Assembly: GCA_963662465.1 (NCBI GenBank) | Contig: OY759599.1 | Coordinates: 960,001-1,024,000 of the forward strand | Length of the DNA: 64,000 bases | From: Desulfatiglandales bacterium | Lineage (GTDB): Bacteria; Desulfobacterota; DSM-4660; Desulfatiglandales; Desulfatiglandaceae | Direction of reading: 5' to 3' | Program-made: the position numbers and the translations under genes | The notes under the pieces: model-generated | What the model saw: the letters and a program-made list of their open reading frames with translations, nothing else | What the model was told of the DNA's origin: nothing | Databases searched by the model: none | Shown here: positions 1-9,834 of the stretch, piece after piece | Layout: each line of letters starts with the position of its first letter | Numbering within the stretch: position 1 is the first letter of the stretch

Positions 1-1130
1 TGATGGATAACGATGGGGTTTTTGAAGCGCCTTCAGTGACTTGGGCCGACCCCTTTGTGATCATGTTTACCAGCGGCACCACCGGGCCCAGCAAGGGGTC
101 TTTGATGCCCCAGAATTACGCGCTTTTCATGGGAAAGGTCTGCATGGAGACGGCCGAGTATACGGAAAAAGACTGTCTTTACAATACCCTTCCTTTGTTC
201 CATGGCAATGCCCAGCTTTTGTCCACCATGCCGGCGCTCATGAGCGGCGCGCGCATGGTGCTGGTAGAACGGTTTTCCGCCAGCCGGTTCTGGCCGGAAG
301 TGAAAAAATACGGATGTACCGAGTTTAATTACATTGGCGGGATTTTACCCATCCTGCTCAAGGCGGAACCGAAACCGGACGATGCGGACAATCCCTTGCG
401 GATCATGTTTGGCGGCGGATGTCCGCCGCACCTGTTTGAAGAAGTGGAGACCCGATTCGGCGTGACCCTCCTGGAAGGGTACGGCATGAGCGAGATCGGA
501 ATCCCCCTTTTAAATACCCTTAAATCCAGAAAATTCGGCACCTGCGGCAAGGCGGCCTATGGGTGCGAGGTGAAGTTGGTGGATGATTACGGCATGGCGG
601 TGGGACCGGGCGTCCCCGGCGAACTGCTCATGCGGACCCGGGAGCCCTTTACCATGTTGCTGGAGTATTACAAGATGCCGGAGAAGACGGTGGAGGCCTG
701 GCGGGATCTGTGGTTCAACACCGGGGATTATCTGGTGATGGATGAAGAGGGGTATTTCCAGTTTGTAGACCGGAAAAAGGACGCCCTTCGCCGCCGGGGA
801 GAAAATATCAGCTCCCAGGAGGTGGAAAAGGCCATCAGCAGCCATCCCGCCGTGCTGGAATCAGCAGCCATCGGCGTGAAATCCGACATGAGCGAAGACG
901 AGGTCATGATCTGCGTCACCCTGAAGCCGGGTGAAACGCTTTCACCCGAAGCCTTGCTGGACTTTGCCCAGGAGCGGATGGCCTATTTCATGGTCCCCCG
1001 ATATGTCAGGTTTATGGACCAAATGCCAAAAACGCCCACCGAAAAGGTCCAGAAGGCGGTACTTCGTGAAACGGGCGTTAGCCGGGATACGTGGGATCGC
1101 GAGGCGGCCGGGTATCAGGTGAAGCGGTAG
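1..1130 (+). CDS. ATP-dependent acyl-CoA ligase (CaiC-like AMP-binding enzyme), 5' end outside window
   Basis: AMP-binding motif IMFTSGTTGPSKG, YGMSE, WFNTGD, DRKKDALRRRGENIS, PKTPTEKVQK. Confidence 0.9.
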   Translation, partial: MDNDGVFEAPSVTWADPFVIMFTSGTTGPSKGSLMPQNYALFMGKVCMETAEYTEKDCLYNTLPLFHGNAQLLSTMPALMSGARMVLVERFSASRFWPEVKKYGCTEFNYIGGILPILLKAEPKPDDADNPLRIMFGGGCPPHLFEEVETRFGVTLLEGYGMSEIGIPLLNTLKSRKFGTCGKAAYGCEVKLVDDYGMAVGPGVPGELLMRTREPFTMLLEYYKMPEKTVEAWRDLWFNTGDYLVMDEEGYFQFVDRKKDALRRRGENISSQEVEKAISSHPAVLESAAIGVKSDMSEDEVMICVTLKPGETLSPEALLDFAQERMAYFMVPRYVRFMDQMPKTPTEKVQKAVLRETGVSRDTWDREAAGYQVKR

Positions 1131-1156
1131 GTTCTTTTAATCGGGAGGAGACTGAA

Positions 1157-2197
1157 ATGAAGGCTGTATTGTTAAAAGAGAATCAACAGATAGCAGTAGA
1201 AGAGGCGCCGGAACCTGAACTTCTTAAGAATACGGATGTGATCATTAAAATTATCAAAAGCGCCATCTGCGGATCGGACATCCATATCAAGGAGGGAATG
1301 ATTCCGGTCAATCCCGGCGCCATCATGGGGCATGAATTCATGGGTGTGGTGGAATCCGTGGGTTCCGATGTGGCGCGATTTAAACCCGGCGATCGCGTTT
1401 CAGCGCCGCCCGCGGTGTGGTGCGGGGCATGTCCGGCCTGTAAACGGGGGCAAGCTCAGTATTGCGAGACCCTCAACATATGGGGCGGCGGAGAGTTGCT
1501 GGGGCCTGATTTGACGGGCGCCCAATGCGGTTATGTGCGCATGCCCAATGCGGATCTGTGTTTGACCCCGGTGCCGGACAATGTCTCCGATGAAGACGCT
1601 GTTTTTGTGGGAGATGTTTTTTCCACCGGATACCACGCGGTTCTTTCGGGGAATATTCAAACGGGGGATACCGTGGCAATCTTTGGCTGCGGTCCCATCG
1701 GTCTGGGGGCCGTGGCCTCGGCATGGCAGTTTGGTCCGGCCCAGGTTCTGGCCGTGGATATGATGGAAAACCGGTTGGCTCTGGCTGAAAAATTCGGCGC
1801 CATCCCCATCAACGCCGGAGAGGTGGATGCGGCGGAAAGGATTCGGGAGATGACGGCAGGGCAGGGGGCCGACGTGGTAGTGGAAGCCATCGGAAACCCG
1901 GCCGCTTTTGCTTCCGTTTTGAAATCCGTTCGCAGGGGCGGCGCTGTTTCCATTGTGGGTCTTTTCCCGACGCCCGTGGAATTTCCCATTCACGAGATGA
2001 GCATGTACGGGGTTCGCCTCAACATGGGACTGGCAGGCATTACCTATAGTCCCCGGCTGATGCCCCTTTTGGAATCGGGTCGGGTCAGTATGAAAGAACT
2101 GATTACCCATACCTTCCCGCTGGAGGAAGCCGTCAAAGCCTATGAGATTTTTGAAAACAGCAAAGATCAATGTATGAAGGTCATCCTGGAACCCTGA
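1157..2197 (+). CDS. Zn-dependent medium-chain alcohol dehydrogenase
   Basis: ICGSDIH, GHEFMG, structural Zn CGACPACKRGQAQYC, GCGPIG; GGAGGAG RBS before ATG 1157. Confidence 0.9.
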   Translation: MKAVLLKENQQIAVEEAPEPELLKNTDVIIKIIKSAICGSDIHIKEGMIPVNPGAIMGHEFMGVVESVGSDVARFKPGDRVSAPPAVWCGACPACKRGQAQYCETLNIWGGGELLGPDLTGAQCGYVRMPNADLCLTPVPDNVSDEDAVFVGDVFSTGYHAVLSGNIQTGDTVAIFGCGPIGLGAVASAWQFGPAQVLAVDMMENRLALAEKFGAIPINAGEVDAAERIREMTAGQGADVVVEAIGNPAAFASVLKSVRRGGAVSIVGLFPTPVEFPIHEMSMYGVRLNMGLAGITYSPRLMPLLESGRVSMKELITHTFPLEEAVKAYEIFENSKDQCMKVILEP

Positions 2198-2249
2198 TGC
2201 AAAACGGTTTCGGTGGTGAACTTTGAACAGATGCTGACCGTTAAAAGGA

Positions 2250-2702
2250 ATGACTATGACTAACAACAAGACAGAGCCGATGCCTCCCATGCTGCCGGGT
2301 ATTTTCACCCTTCCTCCTTATGAGGAAAAGCCACCCATGCTGCTGGGGGGGTATTGCGTTCACTGCGACGCAACCTTTTTCCCAAAACCCAGGTATTGCC
2401 CCAGGTGTCTCGCGACCCCTGAACTCAGGGAAATTGGAAACGCGGGCCGTATTCACAGCTTTACACTGGTGAGGACCAAGCCGCCCATGGGACTGCCCCA
2501 ACCCTACGGCGTTGGATACGTGGATTTGGATGAGGCTGGGGCGGGACTTCGTGTTTTTTGCCTGTTTGATCCGGATTTTGTGGATCAACTGGAAATTGGC
2601 GCGACTGTAACGTTGCAGGTGGGGCCTATGGGTCATGACGGTCGGGGAGCGCCGTGCCTCAGACCTTTTTTTAAACCGGTTCATGTGAAACAGGAAGGGT
2701 GA
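2250..2702 (+). CDS. DUF35-type Zn-ribbon/OB-fold protein (thiolase partner)
   Basis: CVHC..FFPKPRYCPRC Zn ribbon followed by OB fold (PYGVGYVDL); overlaps the thiolase gene. Confidence 0.85.
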   Translation: MTMTNNKTEPMPPMLPGIFTLPPYEEKPPMLLGGYCVHCDATFFPKPRYCPRCLATPELREIGNAGRIHSFTLVRTKPPMGLPQPYGVGYVDLDEAGAGLRVFCLFDPDFVDQLEIGATVTLQVGPMGHDGRGAPCLRPFFKPVHVKQEG

Positions 2703-3850
2703 AAATGGCGTTAGCAACAGTCATCGGTGTGGGGATGATCCCCTTTGGCAAACATGAAGACAAAACGTTGGTGGGCATGGCATCCGAAGCGTGCTATCTG
2801 GCTTTGAAAGACGCCGATGTCAACCCTTCCGGGGTGGATACGGCTTTTTTTTCAAGCGGACTGGCATCGAAACTTTTCGGCGATTTCACCGTGGGTCAAA
2901 ATGTGTTCTGGGAAGTGGGGATCAATCGGATTCCCGTCATCAACGTCGAAAACGCCTGTACCTCCGGGTCAACGGCCTTTTTTCTGGCCTGCAATATGGT
3001 GGCCGCGAATCAGGCGGAGATGGTTTTGGTATGCGGTGCGGAGAAGATGTGCGTTCCGGGATTCGGGCTCATCAGTTCCGGAGAGAGCCAATTGGATACC
3101 CAACTGGGTATGGTGGCGCCCGCCGGCTTTGCCCTTCGCGCCGTGCGGCATATGGCGGAATACGGCACAACGGTGGAACAGTTGGCTCGTGTGGCGGTCA
3201 AGAACCGGGCGCACGGAGGATTAAACCCTATCGCCCAGTTTCGGAAACCCATCACGGTGGAAGAGGTGTTGGCCTCTCCCATGATCGTGGACCCTTTGAC
3301 GCGCTTTCAGTGTTGCCCCATTGCGGACGGGGCTGCGGCGGTTTTGATTGCGTCGCCCGCCGCGGCGGCACGACTGGCGCGAAAGGTCAATGTGGAGTGC
3401 GCGGTGCTGGTCACGGGAAATTATGAAAATCCCCAGAACCTGGCCAATTGGGAGACTGATCGACGGGCTGCCGCACAAGCTTATGAGAAAGCGGGAATGG
3501 GTCCCGAGGATATCGATCTGGTGGAGTGCCACGATGCTTTTACCATCTCGGAGATTCTGCACTATGAAGCGCTGGGCCTCTGTCCCCCGGGAGAAGGGGG
3601 TCGACTGGTGGATGAAGGGGCCGTGGCTTTGGGAGGAAGGGTGCCGGTAAATCCTTCCGGCGGTCTTTTGAGCCGGGGCCATCCGGTGGGCGCCACCGGC
3701 GTGGCCCAGATTGTTGAAGTGGTTACCCAGCTTCGTGGGGAGGCGGGCCACCGGCAGGTGGAAGGGGCCGGAGCGGGACTGGCCCATTGCATGGGTGGGG
3801 ACAAGGATGGGGACAGCAAGTCATGCACCGTCTCCATCTTCTCCGTGTAA
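2699..3850 (+). CDS. Thiolase family protein (SCP-x type)
   Basis: VENACTSG, ECHDAF, NPSGGLLSRGHPVGATG; start at GTG 2699 or ATG 2705. Confidence 0.9.
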   Translation: MKMALATVIGVGMIPFGKHEDKTLVGMASEACYLALKDADVNPSGVDTAFFSSGLASKLFGDFTVGQNVFWEVGINRIPVINVENACTSGSTAFFLACNMVAANQAEMVLVCGAEKMCVPGFGLISSGESQLDTQLGMVAPAGFALRAVRHMAEYGTTVEQLARVAVKNRAHGGLNPIAQFRKPITVEEVLASPMIVDPLTRFQCCPIADGAAAVLIASPAAAARLARKVNVECAVLVTGNYENPQNLANWETDRRAAAQAYEKAGMGPEDIDLVECHDAFTISEILHYEALGLCPPGEGGRLVDEGAVALGGRVPVNPSGGLLSRGHPVGATGVAQIVEVVTQLRGEAGHRQVEGAGAGLAHCMGGDKDGDSKSCTVSIFSV

Positions 3851-3978
3851 TGCGAAAATGGGTAAACCCTCATGAGAAGGGGATTTGCCACCCCCGCGGA
3901 TGAAAATAATATCTACCGCTTTTAAGTAACGGCTAATAGCTAACGGCTAATAGCTAACAGCTGTATTTTCATGGTAAA
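3776..3978 (+). repeat. Copy 1 of ~190-200 bp diverged direct repeat (thiolase 3' end plus downstream DNA)
   Basis: Aligns by eye with 13542-13730; contains heptamer-like tandem units (gctaacg/gctaata) between atgaaaata and tattttcat. Confidence 0.9.
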
Positions 3979-3984
3979 GAGGTC

Positions 3985-4437
3985 ATGACAAAGGTACATC
4001 ATGTAACGCTGTTTGTGGCGGATATGGATCGGGCGCGGTTTCTGTTTCAAGACATTCTGGGGTTTGAACCGGCCTGGCATGCGCCCATGGTCAAGGGCAA
4101 TAGAATGGCCACGCTTCTGGGAATCCCGGATGTAAAAATGGAGATTGCATATCTGCGTAACGGGGATGGCGGTGTGGCTGTGGAACTGTGCCGCATGATC
4201 TATCCGGTCGCGAAAAAACAATCCATACCCATTGGCAGTCCGGGGACCACGTCCCTGAGCTTTCAGGTGGAAAACCTGGACCAATTGCATCAGCGTTTGA
4301 GCAGGGAAGGGTGGACGCCCTTTTCACAGTGCCTGGATATGCGCGATCCCGAAGGGCATCCCGTAAGGTTGTTCTGTTTTGCAATGGATGAAGGGATGCT
4401 GGTGGAATTGATCGAGAAGCCATCCCGGAAATCTTGA
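3985..4437 (+). CDS. VOC/glyoxalase family protein
   Basis: VHHVTLFVADMDRARFLFQDILG at the N-terminus, VELIE at the C-terminus. Confidence 0.8.
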   Translation: MTKVHHVTLFVADMDRARFLFQDILGFEPAWHAPMVKGNRMATLLGIPDVKMEIAYLRNGDGGVAVELCRMIYPVAKKQSIPIGSPGTTSLSFQVENLDQLHQRLSREGWTPFSQCLDMRDPEGHPVRLFCFAMDEGMLVELIEKPSRKS

Positions 4438-4580
4438 GGCGCTGTATTGTCGCTGTGACAGTTTTGCTTTTAATTTATCCAATAAAATAAAGTTATTATG
4501 CTTTAATCGAGATGTGGGATGGTATAAGTGACGCGATACGGTCAGTAGGCTTCATAAGCCCTTCTTTGAAGGAGAAAGAA

Positions 4581-5852
4581 ATGAAAAAGTTGAAGATCGT
4601 TTTTAAAACAATCGGATTGTTTTGCTTACTCTGCCTGTTATTTTTGCCTACGGAGGTTTTGGCAAGCGGTTTTGCGTTTTCAGATCAGGACGCCAAAGCC
4701 AACGCCATGGGAGGCGCTTTCACCGCTCAGGCTGATAATCCTTCCGCCGTTTACTATAACCCCGCGGGTATCGTACAACTGGAGGGCCTCCAGGTTTCAG
4801 CCAGTGTCGACTATGCTATTTGCAACGCGGCCTTTGACAGCAACGGTACTTCTGCTGCCGGCAACAAAGGTAAAACCGACGGTATAGAAGGCACATATCT
4901 TATCCCAAGTTTATTCACGACTTACAAACTGGATGATCAATTCAGCGTTGGGCTGGGGATATTCAGCGATTTCGGGCTGGGTTCGGAGTGGCCGGATGAC
5001 TGGGAAGGTCGTTATATTCCCGGCGCTACAGAAGCAAGGGTGTCCGTTATGTCGATCAATCCGACAGTTGCTTACAAACCTCATAAAAAAATCAGTATGG
5101 CCCTGGGTCTGGTAAGTCAATATCTGGATTTTAAAATGGAAAACAAAATTCCCAATCCATCTTCCCCTTTTAATCCCGACACGGATTTGCATTCTAAACT
5201 GACCGGCAATGACTGGGCATGGGGGTTTAACGTCGGATTCCTCTATCAGATCATCGACAGCCTAAAATTCGGTGTTTCATATCGAAGCAAAATTAAACAC
5301 AAGCCCGGTATAAAACAGGAAATCACGGGAATGCCGACGGACACGGGTAAAACCGATTTTGATCTTCCGGATGTTTTGTCTCTGGGTCTGGCCTGGTCAG
5401 GGGAAAAATGGACCTTTGAATTCGATACCCAATGGACAGGCTGGTCCACTTTTAACGAGATGGCGATTGATTATGACACATTCCCGGATCAAACCCTCAA
5501 ACAAGAATGGGGTGATACATGGACCTATCGTTTGGGTACACAATACAAAATAAACAAATTCTTCGATGTCAGAGCTGGGATTGCATTCGAACAAACACCT
5601 GTTCCGGTCAGTACTCTCAGTCCCACCATTCCCTGTACCGATCGTTGGATATACTCAATAGGCGGTGGTTATAATCGCGACAGTTGGTGCATCGACCTTG
5701 CATACAGTTATAAGACTGATGCAGGCGCGACATTCAATAACGCTTTGGGTGATTACAGCGGCATCTACGGCGCACCGGTGGGGCAGGTAACTGGTGAACT
5801 GGAGGACATTAGTATACACATGATGACCGTGAGTTTCACTTACAGATTCTGA
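4581..5852 (+). CDS. OmpP1/FadL/TodX family outer-membrane channel for hydrophobic compounds
   Basis: Signal peptide, SGF..Q..KANAMGGA..AQADNPSAVYYNPAG, terminal YRF; AAGGAG RBS. Confidence 0.9.
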   Translation: MKKLKIVFKTIGLFCLLCLLFLPTEVLASGFAFSDQDAKANAMGGAFTAQADNPSAVYYNPAGIVQLEGLQVSASVDYAICNAAFDSNGTSAAGNKGKTDGIEGTYLIPSLFTTYKLDDQFSVGLGIFSDFGLGSEWPDDWEGRYIPGATEARVSVMSINPTVAYKPHKKISMALGLVSQYLDFKMENKIPNPSSPFNPDTDLHSKLTGNDWAWGFNVGFLYQIIDSLKFGVSYRSKIKHKPGIKQEITGMPTDTGKTDFDLPDVLSLGLAWSGEKWTFEFDTQWTGWSTFNEMAIDYDTFPDQTLKQEWGDTWTYRLGTQYKINKFFDVRAGIAFEQTPVPVSTLSPTIPCTDRWIYSIGGGYNRDSWCIDLAYSYKTDAGATFNNALGDYSGIYGAPVGQVTGELEDISIHMMTVSFTYRF

Positions 5853-5923
5853 TGGTTGCACCATAGAGATGTTCTTGTGCCGAATTCCGGCTTTTCGTTC
5901 ACATCAATTGAAAGGAGAACAAA

Positions 5924-7936
5924 ATGAGCAAATACGAGTACCTGTTTTCACCCATGAAGCTTGGACCGATTGCACTCAAGAATCGAATTGTGTGTGCCGC
6001 CCATGGAAACCAGGTGGCGGATCCCGTAACCTTTATGGTTACGGAAAGGGCCAAGGCCTATTACCGGGAGAGAGCTGCGGGAGGGTCTGCGGCGATTGTT
6101 CTGGTGTCCTCAAGCGTGGATGAGCGGGCGGATTATTATCCGGCCAATAATTTTGCCCTGTGGAGCGACGATATTATCCCGGGATTGAAAGAGCTTGCGG
6201 ATATTTGTCACGAGTACGATTGCAAATTCTTCATCCAACCCAGCCATCCCGGGGTCCATCAAGGCTGCCATGTACTCGTGGATGAAGTTCCTTTTGCTCC
6301 CTCCCAGGTTCCGGCTATAGAGACCCCCAACCAGGTCCCCATGGCCCTGACAAAAGAGGGGATCGTTGAGATCCAGGATAAATTCGTAAGCGGCGTTCAA
6401 AGGGCCGTTGAGGCGGGGGTTGATGGCATTGAACTCATGTGCGGGCATGACAAGCTGACGTCGGCATTTTTCTCGCCTTTGGCCAACAAGCGTACCGATG
6501 AGTACGGCGGTTCATTGGAAAACCGATTCCGGTTTATGGGCGAGATTTTGGACAAGGTCTCAGCCAAAATAGGGCCGGATTTTCCTATCGGTTTGCGTAT
6601 GAACGTCATGGAACTTGAACCGGGTGGTCTTAGCCTGGAAGAAGGTATCCGCCTGGCAAAGATGTTCGAAGCGACCGGCAAGATTGATTGGCTCGGCTGT
6701 GTGATGTCAACCTATCGATCCATTCCTTTTGAACTCAGCCCCTTTTCCGCCAACCTGGAACCCGGTTGGGGCGGAGAGTTCACCCGACAGGTCAAAGCGG
6801 AATTGAAATTGCCGGTAAGCGTATCCAGCAAAATCAATGATCCGGGCCTGGCCGACAGAATGATTGCGGAAGGCAAATGTGATTACGTCTACATCGCCAG
6901 AGCTCTCATCGCCGATCCCCATTTTCCAAGAAAGGCGCAAGAAGGTCGTGAAGACGATATAACGCCTTGTATCTACTGCAACCAGGGATGTGTGGCGCGG
7001 AGTTTTGACCGAAGTACCACCAACGGCACCCGGTGTACGGTTAATCCTACCTCGGGGGAGGAGACCCGATGGGGAAGTTGGAATTTCAAGCGGGCCCAAC
7101 GCAAAAAGATCCTGGTGGTGGGAGGTGGACCCGCCGGACTCCAGTGCGCCTTGACCGCGGCCAAGCGGGGGCATGATGTGGCCCTGTATGATGGAGAAGA
7201 AGAATTGGGCGGGCAGGCCCGGTATATCAAAATGATCCCCGGGCACATCATGCCGCAGACCTTTCTGGATTACCTGGAACTTCAGGTGAAAAAGCACGGG
7301 GTCAGCTTGAACCTGGGGCAAAAGATTGAGGCCGGCAATGTGGATCGCATTCTTGAAGCTGAAAATCCCGAAGCCATTGTGCTGGCAACCGGGTCCCGAC
7401 CGGCGGCCGACGGGTTAAACGGTCTTACCGCATACCCGATTCCGGGCTGTGACCGATCCAATGTGCATACTTATCTGGATTTTTTGAGAGATGAACCGAA
7501 ACTTGGCGAAAGGGTCCTGATCGTGGATGAATTGGCAGATAGGGTTTCGCCGGGAATTGCGGAGATGCTGGGAGAACAGGGGAAAAAAGTGCATGTCATT
7601 ACCCGATGGCCCATGTTGAGTCCAAACCTGATGATATGGCTCGACGCGCCGTTCACATTTGGAAAGCTGGATGCATTTGGCGTTCAGGTGACGCCCTTTA
7701 CCTGGGTAAAGGAGATTACCGACAGTGGGGCCACCCTCATCAATATCAATAGCCAGCGTGAATATGACATTGATGTTGACAGTGTGATCCTGGCTACCAT
7801 GAAGTACTCCAATATCGAGGTCGCTTCCCTGTTTCAAGACAAAGGGATGCCGCTTCACGTAATAGGCGATGCCAGAGCGCCACGCTTCATGTGGAATGCC
7901 ACCCATGATGGGCAGAAGATCGGCAGCGAGTTATAA
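5924..7936 (+). CDS. Old-yellow-enzyme family NADH:flavin oxidoreductase with 4Fe-4S and FAD domains
   Basis: LKNRIV, NKRTDEYGGSLENRFRF, CIYCNQGC-x14-C, VVGGGPAG. Confidence 0.88.
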   Translation: MSKYEYLFSPMKLGPIALKNRIVCAAHGNQVADPVTFMVTERAKAYYRERAAGGSAAIVLVSSSVDERADYYPANNFALWSDDIIPGLKELADICHEYDCKFFIQPSHPGVHQGCHVLVDEVPFAPSQVPAIETPNQVPMALTKEGIVEIQDKFVSGVQRAVEAGVDGIELMCGHDKLTSAFFSPLANKRTDEYGGSLENRFRFMGEILDKVSAKIGPDFPIGLRMNVMELEPGGLSLEEGIRLAKMFEATGKIDWLGCVMSTYRSIPFELSPFSANLEPGWGGEFTRQVKAELKLPVSVSSKINDPGLADRMIAEGKCDYVYIARALIADPHFPRKAQEGREDDITPCIYCNQGCVARSFDRSTTNGTRCTVNPTSGEETRWGSWNFKRAQRKKILVVGGGPAGLQCALTAAKRGHDVALYDGEEELGGQARYIKMIPGHIMPQTFLDYLELQVKKHGVSLNLGQKIEAGNVDRILEAENPEAIVLATGSRPAADGLNGLTAYPIPGCDRSNVHTYLDFLRDEPKLGERVLIVDELADRVSPGIAEMLGEQGKKVHVITRWPMLSPNLMIWLDAPFTFGKLDAFGVQVTPFTWVKEITDSGATLININSQREYDIDVDSVILATMKYSNIEVASLFQDKGMPLHVIGDARAPRFMWNATHDGQKIGSEL

Positions 7937-7977
7937 AAATTGCGGCGAAGCTTTGAATTGATGAAGGAGATCCTTCA

Positions 7978-8949
7978 ATGGTTAGAGAAATCTGGGTTTA
8001 CCTGGAAAGTGATGAGAATGGTTTCCATGAATCGGCGCATAGAATGGTTCATGAAGCCAGACGAACCGCCGAAATTGTTGGGGGATCTCCATGCGGGTTT
8101 TTATTGGAAAATGGCATTGAATGGTCTGAAAACGCCCCAAAGCTGGAAGGACTTGAAAAACTATACGTAATCCAAGAGGCAAAGGGTTTCTCCATCGAGA
8201 CCCGTGCCGGCGTCATTCGAAATGTCGTTCAGAAAAAAATGCCGCATATGGTCTTGTTTGCGGGTACCTTTACAGGCAACGAGTTGGGGGGCCGTGTGGC
8301 CGCGGCGCTTGATAGAGGGTACATTTCCGACTGCACGGATTTCGAGATGGATGACGGTCTTGTTTTCGCAAGGAAGTCAATTTATGGGGGGAAGGCGGAT
8401 GTGCTGCTCAAATGGGAAACCGCCTTTCCCCTTTTTGCGAGCATTCATTTGAATTCATTGGAAAATATTTCTGTAAGCAGTGCCCAACCACCTGAAGTTG
8501 TTTTATTGAAGAAGGATATGGAGGCGCCCAGGGCTAAATTGCGCAACAGATGGCGGGTTCCCCCAAGCGAGCTGGACCTGAATGAAGCCGCCATTGTCAT
8601 CGGCGTGGGCAAGGGTGTTCCATTTAGTTCTATGTCGGAAATTTACCGGCTTTCCGAGGTCCTGGAGGCTGCTGTGGGTGGGACTCGAATCGCTGTTCAT
8701 GCGGGACTGATTCCGGTTGAACGGCAGATCGGAACAACAGGCAAATGGCTCAATTCGGATCTATACATCGCCTTGGGCATATCAGGGGCGCCGCAGCATA
8801 TGATGGGCATAAAAGATGTGCGCAAAATCATCGCCGTGAATATGTGGAAAGGGGCGTCTATTTTTCAAAAGGCGGATTTAGGGGTGGTGGGAGACCTTCG
8901 CGAAATTTTGCCGGAACTCTTGGTTTTGTTGGAAAAAGGAAAGCGCTGA
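7978..8949 (+). CDS. etfA: Electron transfer flavoprotein alpha subunit
   Basis: RQIGTTGK, LYIALGISGAPQH, ADLGVVGDL. Confidence 0.88.
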   Translation: MVREIWVYLESDENGFHESAHRMVHEARRTAEIVGGSPCGFLLENGIEWSENAPKLEGLEKLYVIQEAKGFSIETRAGVIRNVVQKKMPHMVLFAGTFTGNELGGRVAAALDRGYISDCTDFEMDDGLVFARKSIYGGKADVLLKWETAFPLFASIHLNSLENISVSSAQPPEVVLLKKDMEAPRAKLRNRWRVPPSELDLNEAAIVIGVGKGVPFSSMSEIYRLSEVLEAAVGGTRIAVHAGLIPVERQIGTTGKWLNSDLYIALGISGAPQHMMGIKDVRKIIAVNMWKGASIFQKADLGVVGDLREILPELLVLLEKGKR

Positions 8950-8953
8950 AGCC

Positions 8954-9790
8954 ATGGAAGGCCTGAAAATTGTTGTCTGCTCCAAAACAATAACCGATCC
9001 GGATCTGGTGACGTTCGATGTTGTCAAGGAAGAATTTGGCGCCGTTTACCCAATCCCCGATCCAATGGATGAGTATCTTCTGGAAGAGGCCATACGAATT
9101 CGCGAGAAGCATGGCGGAGAAATTATTGTCCTCAGTGCCGGTCCGGAAGAAATCGAGAAAATTCTGGAGAAAACGTTGCGCTTCGGAGCTGATCGCGCCA
9201 TTCGCATATGGGATGACGGCCTGATGGATCCGGATACCTGGATGATATCGCAAGTGATTGAAAAAGGACTTCGCGGTATTGAATTTGACTTGGTTCTGTG
9301 TGGTTCACGGAGTTCGGATACCGGGAGCGGGACATTTGTTCCCTTACTGGCCCGGAACCTGGATCTGCCTTGTATATGCGGGGTTGTGTCCATGGAATTT
9401 GAGGCCAAGACAACACTGGTGGCGCACAAGAAACTGGAGAGAGGGATGCGCGAGGAATATGTTTTGGCATTTCCGGCTGTCCTCGGTCTTGATCCGGGGA
9501 TAAACCTTCCCCGCTATGTAGCCCCTTATAGCAAGGTCTATTGCCGGGGTATGCAAAGAAGCGTCGAGAGGATGACGGCAACGTCTTTTTTAAAGGTTTT
9601 GGAAAAGCGTGTTTCCGTGGGTCGCCTTTGTCAGCGAAAGCCCCGGGTGAAAAAAGGGATCAACACATCCGCCCTTTCCATGCAGGATCGGCTTCGCATG
9701 ATGAGGGGCGAACTCGGAGACAAAAAACGCAGGTTTCAAGGTGAACCGGCCGCAGTGGCCAGAGAGATTCTTAAAGAGATTAAAATGTAG
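8954..9790 (+). CDS. etfB: Electron transfer flavoprotein beta subunit
   Basis: KIVVCSK, GADRAIRIWD, DLVLCGSRSSDTGSG, INLPRY. Confidence 0.85.
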   Translation: MEGLKIVVCSKTITDPDLVTFDVVKEEFGAVYPIPDPMDEYLLEEAIRIREKHGGEIIVLSAGPEEIEKILEKTLRFGADRAIRIWDDGLMDPDTWMISQVIEKGLRGIEFDLVLCGSRSSDTGSGTFVPLLARNLDLPCICGVVSMEFEAKTTLVAHKKLERGMREEYVLAFPAVLGLDPGINLPRYVAPYSKVYCRGMQRSVERMTATSFLKVLEKRVSVGRLCQRKPRVKKGINTSALSMQDRLRMMRGELGDKKRRFQGEPAAVAREILKEIKM

Positions 9791-9834
9791 TTGGGAAGCG
9801 ATTCACAATTGCCTGGGAAGAGGCGCAAAATGAT

